Source: Alphaproteobacteria bacterium (GTDB lineage: Bacteria; Pseudomonadota; Alphaproteobacteria; Holosporales; JBOFFI01). Taken from it: a stretch of DNA of 64,000 nt. The first letter of the stretch is position 1; each line of letters opens with the position of its first letter. Positions 1-9,196 of the stretch are shown here, piece by piece. The notes beneath the pieces were generated by a model that did no database searches, was not told where the DNA came from, and worked only from the letters and a program-made list of their open reading frames with translations. The DNA lies in contig JBOFFI010000049.1 in the NCBI GenBank assembly GCA_051648545.1, positions 12,620 to 76,619 on the forward strand. Reading direction: 5' to 3'. The position numbers were made by a program, and so were the translations under genes.

Positions 1-535
1 TGCTTTGATGAAGCTGGCAAACGACATTCGCTTTCTGGGCTCAGGGCCACGGTGTGGGTTAGGTGAGCTAAATTTGCCTGAAAATGAGCCGGGCTCCTCC
101 ATCATGCCTGGCAAGGTAAACCCCACCCAGGCAGAGGCACTCACCATGCTAGCAGCCCATGTAATGGGAAACCACACGACTGTTTCCATCGCAGGGGCTT
201 CAGGGCATTTCCAATTAAACGTCTTCAAACCTGTGATCATTTACAATGTGCTCCAATCCATGCGGTTGCTGGCCGATGGTATGAACAGCTTTGCTGAGAA
301 TTGCCTGAAAAGCTTGCAGGCTAATGAAGCGCGCCTGGCCCAAACGGTGGAATCTTCCCTCATGTTGGTGACGGCGCTAAACCCCCATATTGGCTATGAC
401 AAAGCTGCGACCATTGCTAAAAAAGCCTATAAAGAAAACATGACCCTCCGCCAGGCGGCGCTGGAATTAGGCTTCCTGACGGATGCAGAATTTTCAGCCT
501 GGGTGCGCCCTGAAAACATGACGTCGCCTTCTTAG
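1..535 (+). CDS. fumC: Class II fumarate hydratase, C-terminal part (5' end lies outside the window)
   Basis: The lyase-1 signature [16 protein letters not shown] is present. The C-terminal helical domain ends in a fumarase-like ...[12 protein letters not shown]. The frame is open to the window edge. Confidence 0.85.
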   Translation, partial: ALMKLANDIRFLGSGPRCGLGELNLPENEPGSSIMPGKVNPTQAEALTMLAAHVMGNHTTVSIAGASGHFQLNVFKPVIIYNVLQSMRLLADGMNSFAENCLKSLQANEARLAQTVESSLMLVTALNPHIGYDKAATIAKKAYKENMTLRQAALELGFLTDAEFSAWVRPENMTSPS

Positions 536-640
536 AGAAGGCTTCTGGGGCGGAGTAAGGCGCGCATCCCTCACAAATGAAGACATAGACGGTTTAGCTA
601 AAATGGTTTAGAAAAGGACCATTGGGACCCAAAAACCTGC

Positions 641-653
641 GGAGGCTAGCATT
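641..653 (+). promoter_or_regulatory. Putative Shine-Dalgarno (GGAGG, 641-645) plus a non-canonical ATT start (651-653) for hemC
   Basis: A strong SD sits 5 nt upstream of an in-frame ATT, directly before the conserved HemC N-terminus. There is no ATG, GTG or TTG in frame between the TAG stop at 609 and GTG 861. Confidence 0.4.
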
Positions 654-1595
654 TTAAAACTAGGCGCCAGAAAAAGCCCTCTTTCTCTAGCCCAAGCCAG
701 TTGGGTTCAGGCGGAGCTGCAGGCTGCATCCATCGATGCATGCATCATCCCTTTCACAACAACAGGTGATAAAATCCTGGATAAGCCCCTCACAGAGGTT
801 GGCGGCAAGGGTCTTTTTACCAAAGAAATTGAAGAAGCTCTGCTGCGGGGTGACATCGATGTGGCGGTCCATTCCTTCAAGGATATGCCAACTGAGCTTC
901 CTGATGGTTTGATCATCGCATCCATTCCTAAACGAGAAGATGTGCGCGATGCTTGGATTGCAAAAGACACTGCTTGGAAAACCCCTGAGCACTTACCGGC
1001 CAACGGGGTGGTTGGCACCTCTTCCCTGAGGCGGCGGGTTCAGCTTCAACACGCGTTTCCCTCCCTGAGGGTAGAAAGCGTTCGAGGAAATGTTGGAACA
1101 CGCCTTGAAAAATTGCAGGCAGGAAAGGTAGATGCCTTGGTTTTGTCTCTCGTTGGGTTTCAGCGCCTTCAGCTGGTGGAGCACATCACCCACATTTTCA
1201 CCCCCCATGAGATGATCCCTGCCGTTGCCCAAGGCGCTCTCGCCTTAGAATGCCGAGCAGACCGTTTGGATGTTATCACCCAGCTCCAAAGCCTTCATCA
1301 TGCCCCCACTGCCCTATGCATTGGGATAGAGCGGGCATTCCTCAAAGCCCTCGACGGCTCTTGCCGAACACCCATTGGAGGCTACGCGCGTTTTGAAGGA
1401 GATGTTGTGGTGTTCGAAGGGTTGCTGGGCACGTTAGACGCCCAGACCGTCTCCAAAGTTAGGGCAGTTTATGACCCAGCAGAAGCGCTTTTGTCCCCTG
1501 AAGCTTTTGGCAAACAGCAGGCAGAAAACCTGCTCAAGCTTCATCACCAACGTTGCAAAGAAAATGCTGCATGTCTCTCCCCACCTTGCTTGTAA
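651..1595 (+). CDS. hemC: Porphobilinogen deaminase (hydroxymethylbilane synthase); the start codon is uncertain
   Basis: The frame is open from 612. It translates to ...ILKLGARKSPLSLAQASWV...TTGDKILDKPLTEVGGKGLFTKEIEEALLRGDIDVAVHSFKDMP...CRTPIGG, which are typical HemC motifs. The ORF-track start at GTG 861 would remove about 70 conserved residues. Confidence 0.85.
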   Translation: MLKLGARKSPLSLAQASWVQAELQAASIDACIIPFTTTGDKILDKPLTEVGGKGLFTKEIEEALLRGDIDVAVHSFKDMPTELPDGLIIASIPKREDVRDAWIAKDTAWKTPEHLPANGVVGTSSLRRRVQLQHAFPSLRVESVRGNVGTRLEKLQAGKVDALVLSLVGFQRLQLVEHITHIFTPHEMIPAVAQGALALECRADRLDVITQLQSLHHAPTALCIGIERAFLKALDGSCRTPIGGYARFEGDVVVFEGLLGTLDAQTVSKVRAVYDPAEALLSPEAFGKQQAENLLKLHHQRCKENAACLSPPCL

Positions 1596-2308
1596 CTCGG
1601 CCCAAAGAAGATTCAGAAGAAACGGCTTACCTTCTAGCGCAAAAAGGATTTAAAAGCCTCCTGTGTCCGTTGTTGAACTATGAAGCACTCCCTGAACCGC
1701 CGCCGCTTTCCCCAGATTATCTAGCAAAGCTTCAGGCTATTTTGGCCACGAGCCAGCATGCTGTTCATAACCTCCCCAAAAAAAATCAGCTTCTTTCCAA
1801 ACCCGTGTATACGGTTGGGGCACATTCCGCTCAGGTTGCCAAATCCTACGGTTTTCAACAGGTGAGAAACGCTCAAGGGAGCGCCGAAGATCTTCTAAAA
1901 CTGGTGAACAAAACTTGCTCACCGGAGAGAGGGCCTCTGTTATACGTAAGTGGGGAATCTATCCGCGTAGACCTGCCTTTTCTTCTCTCCCAGAGAGGGT
2001 TCCATGTTTTACACCAAATTTTGTATCGGATGACCCCCATCTTAGAATTTCCATTTCCCGTTCAAGAGGCTTTCAGACATCAGAAAATTCAAGGGGTCTT
2101 GCTTCTCTCCCCCCAAACTAGCGTTTGTTTTTCCAAGTGTATTCAGCAGGCTTCCCTTGGAAAAAATCTCAAAATGGTCTATCTTTTTTGCTTGAGTGAA
2201 GCGGTTGCAGCTTCCCTTACACTTTTTCAAGACGTTATCGTTAGAATAGCGCCCCAACCAACTTTGGCTTCTTTAATGGAGATATGTCATGAAACCTTCG
2301 CCTCTTAA
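1571..2308 (+). CDS. hemD: Uroporphyrinogen-III synthase (HemD-like)
   Basis: It lies directly downstream of hemC and overlaps it. The N-terminus MSLPTLLVTRPKED is typical of HemD, and the size is about 245 aa. The family is weakly conserved, so the call rests partly on context. Confidence 0.65.
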   Translation: MSLPTLLVTRPKEDSEETAYLLAQKGFKSLLCPLLNYEALPEPPPLSPDYLAKLQAILATSQHAVHNLPKKNQLLSKPVYTVGAHSAQVAKSYGFQQVRNAQGSAEDLLKLVNKTCSPERGPLLYVSGESIRVDLPFLLSQRGFHVLHQILYRMTPILEFPFPVQEAFRHQKIQGVLLLSPQTSVCFSKCIQQASLGKNLKMVYLFCLSEAVAASLTLFQDVIVRIAPQPTLASLMEICHETFAS

Positions 2309-3224
2309 AAAAAAAGAATCTCCTGTTGAGGAAGCTTCTCAGCCTACTAAGCTTCTTACCTGGGTCAAAGATTGGAGATGGGGCCTGTGTGTTCTTGTTC
2401 TCTTCCTGTTTATCCTTGGGCTTACCGCCTTTTGGGAAAGCCGGGTTGAGCCTAAACTGGGAATGCACGTGACGGGTGAAACAACAGACCGAAGTGATGC
2501 CATCCCGCCTATTCTTGAAAAGATATCTCCTCTGCCTTCTGCTCCTGAAGAAGAGACAACCTCCCAAGATGCACCTTTCCCCAATCCTGTGGAGAAGCAA
2601 ACTCCTTCTGCTGAACCCCTAGTTTCTTTTGAAACCCATCTTCAAGGAATGAAAGAAGCTCAGCGAAAAATCTTTGAAATTTTAGAAAAACGTCAGCAGG
2701 TTTGGGCAGCATTCCTGCTGCTTCGCCAAGATGCTCGAGCAGGCATGCCCTTTGAAGCCACTTGGGCGCTGTTTGAACAGCTCGCGGAGAAAGAATTACA
2801 GCATCTACCCATTTGGCGAGAGGCATCTGATACCTTGCGTACCCTCTCAAGCAAAGGAATGTGGTCACGAGGAAAGCTGCTCCAGCGACTGCCGCGCTTA
2901 ACTTTGAAGGCTCCCCCCAAGCCTTCGGCTCAAACGAATTGGTTAGAAAAGATAAAAGGGTTTTTTCAGAATCTATTCGTGGTCAAACACACGAACACCC
3001 CTATCAAAACCCAGAACCAATCTCTCAAGCAGTTAAGCCAATTGTTAGAGGCAGGGGATGTGAATGCGGCGCTCACGTTGTTGGGGAAACTATCACTTTC
3101 CCCTTCCCCAGACCTTGATGCATGGCTTGAGAAAGCCAAAACCCACGAAAGGGGCGAGGCTGCTTTACTCAACCTTCAAAAAACGCTGCTTTCTTTACCC
3201 ACAATCTTGGAAAAAGCAGGATGA
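2289..3224 (+). CDS. Membrane-anchored coiled-coil protein, alphaproteobacterial Mic60 (mitofilin)-like
   Basis: It has a basic N-terminus and one TM helix (WRWGLCVLVLFLFILGLTAFW), followed by a helical region. The C-terminus LSQLLEAGDVNAALTLLGKLS...DLDAWLEKAKTHERGEAALLNLQ resembles the mitofilin C-terminal motif. It lies between hemD and hemY. Confidence 0.55.
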   Translation: MKPSPLKKKESPVEEASQPTKLLTWVKDWRWGLCVLVLFLFILGLTAFWESRVEPKLGMHVTGETTDRSDAIPPILEKISPLPSAPEEETTSQDAPFPNPVEKQTPSAEPLVSFETHLQGMKEAQRKIFEILEKRQQVWAAFLLLRQDARAGMPFEATWALFEQLAEKELQHLPIWREASDTLRTLSSKGMWSRGKLLQRLPRLTLKAPPKPSAQTNWLEKIKGFFQNLFVVKHTNTPIKTQNQSLKQLSQLLEAGDVNAALTLLGKLSLSPSPDLDAWLEKAKTHERGEAALLNLQKTLLSLPTILEKAG

Positions 3225-4366
3225 GGCGAATTCTATTTTTTTTAGGTTTAACAACCCTTTTGGGGGGGCTGTTTTGGAGCACGCTTCAGCTTCCTCAACC
3301 TGTCACCCTTGCCTGGGAAGGCTATCAAGTTGAAACCCACCTTGCTGTTCTTCTAGCAGGTTTTTTGGGCGCGTTTCTGGCGTTGCGATGGGCGGAAGGC
3401 TTATGCCGCCTCATACTCTCTTTTCCGTCCCGCTGGGCAGCTTGGTTTGAAAAACGTAAAGAAAAGAAGATCTCTCAACGCATTGTAGAGCTCTTGATTG
3501 CCTGGGAGGGAGGAGACACCCAACGCACTGAACTTTTAAAGCAAGCGCTTGCACAAGAGCTGAAGCAAAACCCGTTGCTGGCGTTTTTGCTTTCTCGATA
3601 TGGAGAAAAGAGGCTTCTCCCTTTTTCAATCCAACAACTATCAAACCGCTTTCCCCAGGCATGCTTTTTGGGAAAAAAAGCGGATATAGAAGAGCTTTTG
3701 CTGGAACAGCGCTTCTTCAAAGCAACCGAGGTTTTAGAACAGCTTGTTCAGCAAGAAATCCGTTTGCCTTGGGTGTTTGAAACGCTGTTTGCCTTGTACT
3801 TGGAGCAAAAACGCTTTGTTCAAGCAGAAGTTTTATGGGAACTCTTCAAACATCATCTACCAAAAGAAACAGCCAAGTCACGCAAAGCGCTTTGGTTATA
3901 TACCCAAGGGATGGAGGAGAAAGAGCTCGGCAAGCGAGTAGATTTGTTCAAAGAAGCCCACGCTCTAGACCCCGCTTCTGGGGATGTTTGTGTTGCTTTT
4001 GCAAAAGCCTTGTTTCAGCAACGAAAACCTGAAAAAGCAAGGGGTGCCTTGGAAAAAACGTGGCGCCTAAACCCTCATGAAGTATTGGTGGAAGCTTACC
4101 TTACATTTGCTCCCCAAGAAACATCGTATCAGCGTGTTGAGGCTTGTCAAATCCTTCTGGCTAATGCGTCGCCGCATCCTCTCAATCACCTGCTTTTGGG
4201 ACGCGCTGCACTGGAGGCTTCTCTTTGGGTGAGTGCTCGTAAAGAGCTTGAAGCTTTAGCTCAAACACACCCCTATTTAGCCTATCCCTTGTTGGCGCTG
4301 GTTGAAAGACGACAACACCAAGACTGGGAAGCAGCATACCATTGGTTGGAGAAAACAATTTTTTAA
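3221..4366 (+). CDS. hemY: HemY-like TPR membrane protein (HemY_N domain)
   Basis: It has two N-terminal TM helices followed by WFEKRKEKK, then TPR-like helical repeats. Its ATGA overlaps the upstream gene, as in the conserved hemC-hemD-X-hemY arrangement. Confidence 0.7.
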   Translation: MRRILFFLGLTTLLGGLFWSTLQLPQPVTLAWEGYQVETHLAVLLAGFLGAFLALRWAEGLCRLILSFPSRWAAWFEKRKEKKISQRIVELLIAWEGGDTQRTELLKQALAQELKQNPLLAFLLSRYGEKRLLPFSIQQLSNRFPQACFLGKKADIEELLLEQRFFKATEVLEQLVQQEIRLPWVFETLFALYLEQKRFVQAEVLWELFKHHLPKETAKSRKALWLYTQGMEEKELGKRVDLFKEAHALDPASGDVCVAFAKALFQQRKPEKARGALEKTWRLNPHEVLVEAYLTFAPQETSYQRVEACQILLANASPHPLNHLLLGRAALEASLWVSARKELEALAQTHPYLAYPLLALVERRQHQDWEAAYHWLEKTIF

Positions 4367-4555
4367 ACCCTACTAAATTGATAGTTGGACGTTTTTTTAT
4401 AGCAAAGGATTTTCCGCAAATTAAAAAGACTGATTCTATCAATTATTTCAGCAATTGTCAGCCATGTAAGCCGCTTTTTCGTTTAGCAGCTCTTGTATTT
4501 TAGAGGAATTGTGGTAGAATCTTTTCAAAATACGACAAATTAGGAAACATGTTTT

Positions 4556-5392
4556 ATGAAAAAAATGTCTCGTTTTGCATTCGTTCTGGGAGCGTCTCTT
4601 ATTTCTCACGGTTTTAATGCTCACGCTGCAGATCCCGTTGCTGCTAAAGTGAATGATAAAACCATTAAAGTCTCTGAAGTATTAGATGAGATGAAAGGGC
4701 TTAATCTTGGAAAAGATGCGCCTCAAGAAAAGATTTTTGAAATGATCCGTGATCGTTTGGTTGAGCTTAATCTATTAGTTGGCTCTGCAAAAACAGCGGG
4801 CCTTGAGAATGACCCAGACATTACTAAAGCGCTCGAAAAGTTCAAAGAACGTCTTTTGATCCAGTCTTTTGTTGCAAAAGAAGTGAAGAGCAAAGTGACG
4901 GAGCAAGCAATTCAAGAAGCGCTTAAAGATTTTCCATCTCAAAAAGAAGTTAAATTGCGTCACATTGTTGTAGCAGACGAAAAAACAGCCTTGTCAGTGA
5001 AAAAAGCTCTGGCAAATGGCTCAGATTTCACCAAGCTTGCTGCAAGTGTTTCAACAGATGAAGCTTCTAAGCACAAAGGCGGAGAACTCGGAACTATTTT
5101 AGAGAGCCAGCTCCCAGAGCCCCTTGCGAAAGCAGTTAAAGATGTTAAAGCTGGTGCGTATGCATCGTCTCCTGTTGTAACACAATTGGGGCACCACATT
5201 ATCAAGGTGGATGAGCGTAAAGATGCGTCGCAAGCCGCTATTTTGCCCTTGGTTCGCGAGAAACTTGAGCAGCAAACGCTTCTAAAAATTGTTGAAGAAG
5301 CAAAGAAGAGCGCAAAAATTGACCTTTTTGATCAAGAAGGAAAGCCCGCAAAAGAGGTTTCAAAGCCAGCAGAAGCAAAACCTGCAGCTTAA
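4556..5392 (+). CDS. Secreted parvulin-type peptidyl-prolyl cis-trans isomerase (SurA/PpiC family)
   Basis: It has a signal peptide ending ...GFNAHAA. The rotamase core is LRHIVVADEKTA...FTKLAASVSTDEASKHKGGELG...QLGHHIIKV. Confidence 0.8.
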   Translation: MKKMSRFAFVLGASLISHGFNAHAADPVAAKVNDKTIKVSEVLDEMKGLNLGKDAPQEKIFEMIRDRLVELNLLVGSAKTAGLENDPDITKALEKFKERLLIQSFVAKEVKSKVTEQAIQEALKDFPSQKEVKLRHIVVADEKTALSVKKALANGSDFTKLAASVSTDEASKHKGGELGTILESQLPEPLAKAVKDVKAGAYASSPVVTQLGHHIIKVDERKDASQAAILPLVREKLEQQTLLKIVEEAKKSAKIDLFDQEGKPAKEVSKPAEAKPAA

Positions 5393-5434
5393 GATTTTTC
5401 TTGAGCTTTAAGTTCTCTAAAAAAATAAAGAGGT

Positions 5435-5472
5435 GGGGTAGCAAATTTTCATATTTCTACCCCGTTTTTTTT
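5435..5472 (+). terminator. Rho-independent terminator after the PPIase gene
   Basis: The stem GGGGTAG (5435-5441) pairs with CTACCCC (5457-5463). It is followed by G plus a T8 run. Confidence 0.6.
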
Positions 5473-5668
5473 GAACCTGAGTTTTCTAACACCCTTCCCC
5501 CAAGCCTTTTTTCTCCCCCTTGATTTTGAGACGGGATAATTTTTTACGACTTTTTTGAAAATCAAAGGCCAACCAGCCAGCGTCGCTCACGTTAAATCCT
5601 GCATAATGCATTAAATTAATTTTAAAATTTAATTTGACGACTGCAGCCTTCTTGCATAATCTTCATAG

Positions 5669-6772
5669 ATGTTTGTGTATCAAAAACGTTTTCATCGTTT
5701 ATTTTTGCTAGCTTTATGCTGTTGCATTCACTGGCTTTTGGCATGCACGCAGGGTTTGGCTGAAAAAAACAGGTTCCCGGACGAAAAAGTTTATGATGTG
5801 ATCGCAATTGGAGATGCCATAAACAATTTTTTTGTGGAGTGCCGAGATGCTTCCACATGCAACCGGATGATGCAGAAAATAGAGCTCACACAGGGTGGGT
5901 TTAAAAGAATTGATTCCAAGCAAAAACAACAACTCGATGATACAATTCAACATCATAAAACCAGCATAAACATTATAAAACATGTTGGGGTAGCAAGTGC
6001 TTCTAATACCATTAGAGTTGTTGAAAAATTAGGCGGAAAAGCAGCATTTATAAGCAACATAGGTAAAGACAAAAATGGCAGGGCGATTAAAAAAAAATTG
6101 ACTCAACTGGGTATCAAATTTTTTATAAAAACCCATCAGTTTGACACAGCTGCTGTGTACATCTTTCGTGATGCTGCTGGAGAAAAAGCTATGGCTTCTT
6201 ACCTAGGTGTCCCTGCCCTATTTACAAAAGAAAGCATTGCATTAGAAGAGATTACAAAAGCCAAGATTTTTTTGGTGGAAGGGTATGCTTGGCAAGCACC
6301 AAAGCATAATCTTGATATCATTAAACATGCCGTTATTTTTGCAAAATCAAACGGTATTAAAACAGCGCTGAGCCTGGCTAATCCTTCTGTCATACGCCAA
6401 TATCATCGTGATATTTATAAAATGCTTGAACATTTTGATCTTGTTTTTGGAACAAAAGATGAGTTTGTTGAGTTGCTAAATCAGGGCATCCCCACTGACG
6501 ATTCTAGCGTTATCGCAATGGCTCAAAAAACAGGCAAGCTTTCTGTCATCACCATGGGAGAAAAGGGTGCATTCATTGTTCATGGACCTAATGTATACAC
6601 CATACCCGCTGAAGCGGTTAAAAAAGTTGCTTGCACGGTTGGAGCAGGCGATGCCTTTGCCGGTGGTTTTTTATATGGGTACACACGCAATTTTGATTTG
6701 GCTAAATGTGGGGAAATTGGGGCCAAAGTTGCTTCAAAGATTGTTCAAAAGGTTGGCACAACCTTGGATTAG
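5669..6772 (+). CDS. PfkB-family kinase, adenosine-kinase-like, with an unusual hydrophobic N-terminal extension
   Basis: It has YDVIAIGDAINNFF (the N-terminal Gly motif region) and a C-terminal TVGAGDAFAGGFLYG PfkB signature. The first ~30 aa are hydrophobic with an LLAC lipobox-like motif. Confidence 0.75.
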   Translation: MFVYQKRFHRLFLLALCCCIHWLLACTQGLAEKNRFPDEKVYDVIAIGDAINNFFVECRDASTCNRMMQKIELTQGGFKRIDSKQKQQLDDTIQHHKTSINIIKHVGVASASNTIRVVEKLGGKAAFISNIGKDKNGRAIKKKLTQLGIKFFIKTHQFDTAAVYIFRDAAGEKAMASYLGVPALFTKESIALEEITKAKIFLVEGYAWQAPKHNLDIIKHAVIFAKSNGIKTALSLANPSVIRQYHRDIYKMLEHFDLVFGTKDEFVELLNQGIPTDDSSVIAMAQKTGKLSVITMGEKGAFIVHGPNVYTIPAEAVKKVACTVGAGDAFAGGFLYGYTRNFDLAKCGEIGAKVASKIVQKVGTTLD

Positions 6773-6795
6773 GGGTTTTTGCAAAGCTCCTAAAA

Positions 6796-7626
6796 TTAGT
6801 CAGGGGATACTGTTTTTTGTAATGCTTTCTTCCGCTGTAGTCGAACCCAAAAAAAGCTTGTTGGAATAGAGCAAATATAGAAAAAACCTATAAAAATAAG
6901 TGTTTCCCATGGAGCGCTGAGTAAAGCAGCTGCTAAGAAAGCTACCAACACAAGAAACGGGATCATCGCTCGCGTTGGAATCCTTACTTTTTTAAGAGAA
7001 AAGGTGGGGACACGGCTGATCAACAAAAGAGAGCTTCCTGTCATAAAAAAGGCAAACCAAAAAGGGGAAAGCACAAGGGGTTCAGAAACAAACGTTATCA
7101 CCAGGGGAAGAAGCGCTAAAAAAGCCCCCGCTGGCGCAGGAACGCCCGTAAAAAAACCAGCTCCAAAAGCAGGAGGCGCTGAAAGGGGAAGCATACGATG
7201 AACATTAAATCTTGCAAGTCGCAACGCCATGCACGTGCAAAAAAAGAGAGATACCCCCCACCCAAAACCTTTCCAGTTATGGAGAGAATACAGGTAGATC
7301 ACCACAGCAGGAGCCACACCAAAATTCACGATATCCGCTAATGAGTCAAGCTCTGCCCCAAAATCTGTCACGCTGCCTAAAAAGCGGGCTAATCTTCCAT
7401 CGACAGTGTCCAAAATGGCTGCTATTAAAATAGCGATAACCGCAAGATCCCAGCGTTCTAAAAGGGCAAAACGAATAGAGCTTAACCCCGTACACAACGC
7501 CAGCACGGTGAACATATTGGGCAAAAGCTGCATCATTCTAGGGTGTTTCCCAGAACTCACACCACGCAGAAGCTTTTTTTTAGAAGAGGGCCTCAAACGT
7601 TGCACAATCATCAACGGATCTCCCAA
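6796..7626 (-). CDS. pssA: CDP-diacylglycerol--serine O-phosphatidyltransferase
   Basis: It has the CDP-alcohol phosphatidyltransferase motif DTVDGRLARFLGSVTDFGAELDSLADIV. It is polytopic and sits immediately downstream of psd. Confidence 0.85.
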   Translation of the reverse strand: MGDPLMIVQRLRPSSKKKLLRGVSSGKHPRMMQLLPNMFTVLALCTGLSSIRFALLERWDLAVIAILIAAILDTVDGRLARFLGSVTDFGAELDSLADIVNFGVAPAVVIYLYSLHNWKGFGWGVSLFFCTCMALRLARFNVHRMLPLSAPPAFGAGFFTGVPAPAGAFLALLPLVITFVSEPLVLSPFWFAFFMTGSSLLLISRVPTFSLKKVRIPTRAMIPFLVLVAFLAAALLSAPWETLIFIGFFYICSIPTSFFWVRLQRKKALQKTVSPD

Positions 7627-7639
7627 GTGCCCAACCTTT

Positions 7640-8317
7640 CTATTTCAGCTTTGGAACCTGAACCTTGCTGATGATAGACTCTCCGCCAAGCATCCGCTGC
7701 CCTACCTTCACCAACACAGGCCACCCTTCGGGGAGGTAAAGGTCTACTCGGCTTCCGAAACGGATAATGCCATAGCTATCTCCACGCTTCACCACATCTC
7801 CTTCCCGAACGTTACACACAATACGCCGGGCGATGAGTCCTGCGATCTGGGTGCAAATAAGCTGCTGCCCTTTTTCAAGGTCAATCACCAAAGAATTTCG
7901 TTCATTAAATTCACTGGCTTTATCCAATGAAGCATTCAAAAATTTTCCGGGATAATAAAGCTTGTGTTGGATTTTTCCGGCAAAAGGAATGCGGTTGACA
8001 TGCACATCAAAGATATTCAGAAAAATACTAACCCTTGTCCATTGCTGCGTCGGGGAAAGATTTAGCTCTTTAGGGGCAACCGTTTGGGCAATCATCTGAA
8101 CAACGCCATCTGCAGGGCTTACCACCGCGCCTTCTTCAACGGGCCCAACCCGTTCAGGATCTCTGAAAAAATAAGCACACCAACCTGTCAGCAAGAGGCT
8201 TAAAAACGTCATCCAAGACCCCAAAAATAGCATGCTGAAAAGCGCAAAGATAGCGCACATAAAAACGAACAAATACCCTTCCGGGTGGATGCGAATTTTT
8301 AAACCCAAAAACATCAT
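7640..8317 (-). CDS. psd: Phosphatidylserine decarboxylase proenzyme (short alphaproteobacterial form)
   Basis: It has two N-terminal TM helices, FRDPER and a C-terminal IIRFGSRVDLYLP (self-cleavage GS motif region). It is paired with pssA. Confidence 0.85.
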   Translation of the reverse strand: MMFLGLKIRIHPEGYLFVFMCAIFALFSMLFLGSWMTFLSLLLTGWCAYFFRDPERVGPVEEGAVVSPADGVVQMIAQTVAPKELNLSPTQQWTRVSIFLNIFDVHVNRIPFAGKIQHKLYYPGKFLNASLDKASEFNERNSLVIDLEKGQQLICTQIAGLIARRIVCNVREGDVVKRGDSYGIIRFGSRVDLYLPEGWPVLVKVGQRMLGGESIISKVQVPKLK

Positions 8318-8407
8318 ACACCTTCCTTTTTCATTATTTTTTTTAACCTATAGCCAAAAGAACTTTTATTGCAAATTTTAAAAAGGTTCTAAAACCATGC
8401 CTCTCCC

Positions 8408-9007
8408 TTAAAGAACCACAAAGATTGATAAATATTCTTTTATATTTTTTTCAACTTCTTCGTTCAAACGGTTCATTAAATCTTCCATCAGCGCAGTCCA
8501 CGCTTCTTGGCGTTGGGTCAAGGTCATCTGGTCCGAAACGGTTCGGGTCGCCGTAGCTGTTGCCCTTGCGTAACTTTTGGGATAGCCCCTCTCATCCATA
8601 ATCTCAATCTTCACCACGACACGCGCATCGTAACGCTCCGACATCTGGGATGTAAACAGGTTTTTGAGCCCCCCTTGGGGCGGCAACCGTTTCTCAACTA
8701 CAGAAGCATCTTCCACTGTAATCACAGCGTGCCCCACACCCCCAGCTGGAACAAACCGCTCCCGGGCCCATTGTTGAACCATCACAGCAGGTGTCATTGC
8801 GAATAGATGGTCTACATAAGGCTCTTTTTGAGGAGGAGTATACTGTTTAGCAATCTCAAGCCGTCCAACACGAAGTTGAATCTGGGGTGCCGTCAGATAA
8901 TTGAGACCAGGTGCTTTAGGCAAAGAAGGCGTTCCACACCCACTCAAGCAAACAAAAAAGAAAGAAAGGGCAGCCCTCACATATTTTTTTGCCTTAAACC
9001 CTAGCAC
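8408..9007 (-). CDS. Putative lipoprotein of unknown function
   Basis: I moved the start to GTG 9007, which is preceded by GAAGGAG, so that the gene does not overlap tRNA-Cys. The lipobox is FFVCLSGC. I do not recognise a family. Confidence 0.5.
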   Translation of the reverse strand: MLGFKAKKYVRAALSFFFVCLSGCGTPSLPKAPGLNYLTAPQIQLRVGRLEIAKQYTPPQKEPYVDHLFAMTPAVMVQQWARERFVPAGGVGHAVITVEDASVVEKRLPPQGGLKNLFTSQMSERYDARVVVKIEIMDERGYPKSYARATATATRTVSDQMTLTQRQEAWTALMEDLMNRLNEEVEKNIKEYLSIFVVL

Positions 9008-9037
9008 GCAAAAAACTCCTTCTAAAGCGAAATCAAA

Positions 9038-9111
9038 TGGAGGCCGGGACCGGAATCGAACCGACGTCCAAGGATTTGCAGTCCTCCGCATAACCATTCT
9101 GCCACCCGGCC
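9038..9111 (-). tRNA. tRNA-Cys (anticodon GCA)
   Basis: The reverse complement is GGCCGGGTGGCAGAATGGTTATGCGGAGGACTGCAAATCCTTGGACGTCGGTTCGATTCCGGTCCCGGCCTCCA. It has a 7-bp acceptor stem, a CTGCAAA anticodon loop, a GGTTCGATTCC T-arm, a U73 discriminator and an encoded CCA. Confidence 0.92.
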
Positions 9112-9196
9112 TTTCTCTATTCTGTCCTACCTGGGTCTAGGGCGTGGGTCAAGTTTTTTCTCAGAAAAATCAGGTCAACATAGGTTTTAGCAACCC

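Noticed and set aside
687-1232. Minus-strand ORFs of 101, 103 and 79 aa inside hemC.
   Set aside because: They are antisense to a well-supported conserved gene and show no motifs or RBS.
9008-9097. A longer 229-aa version of the lipoprotein ORF that starts at 9097.
   Set aside because: The extension runs through tRNA-Cys (9038-9111). An internal GTG at 9007, with a GAAGGAG SD upstream, gives a clean lipoprotein signal peptide.
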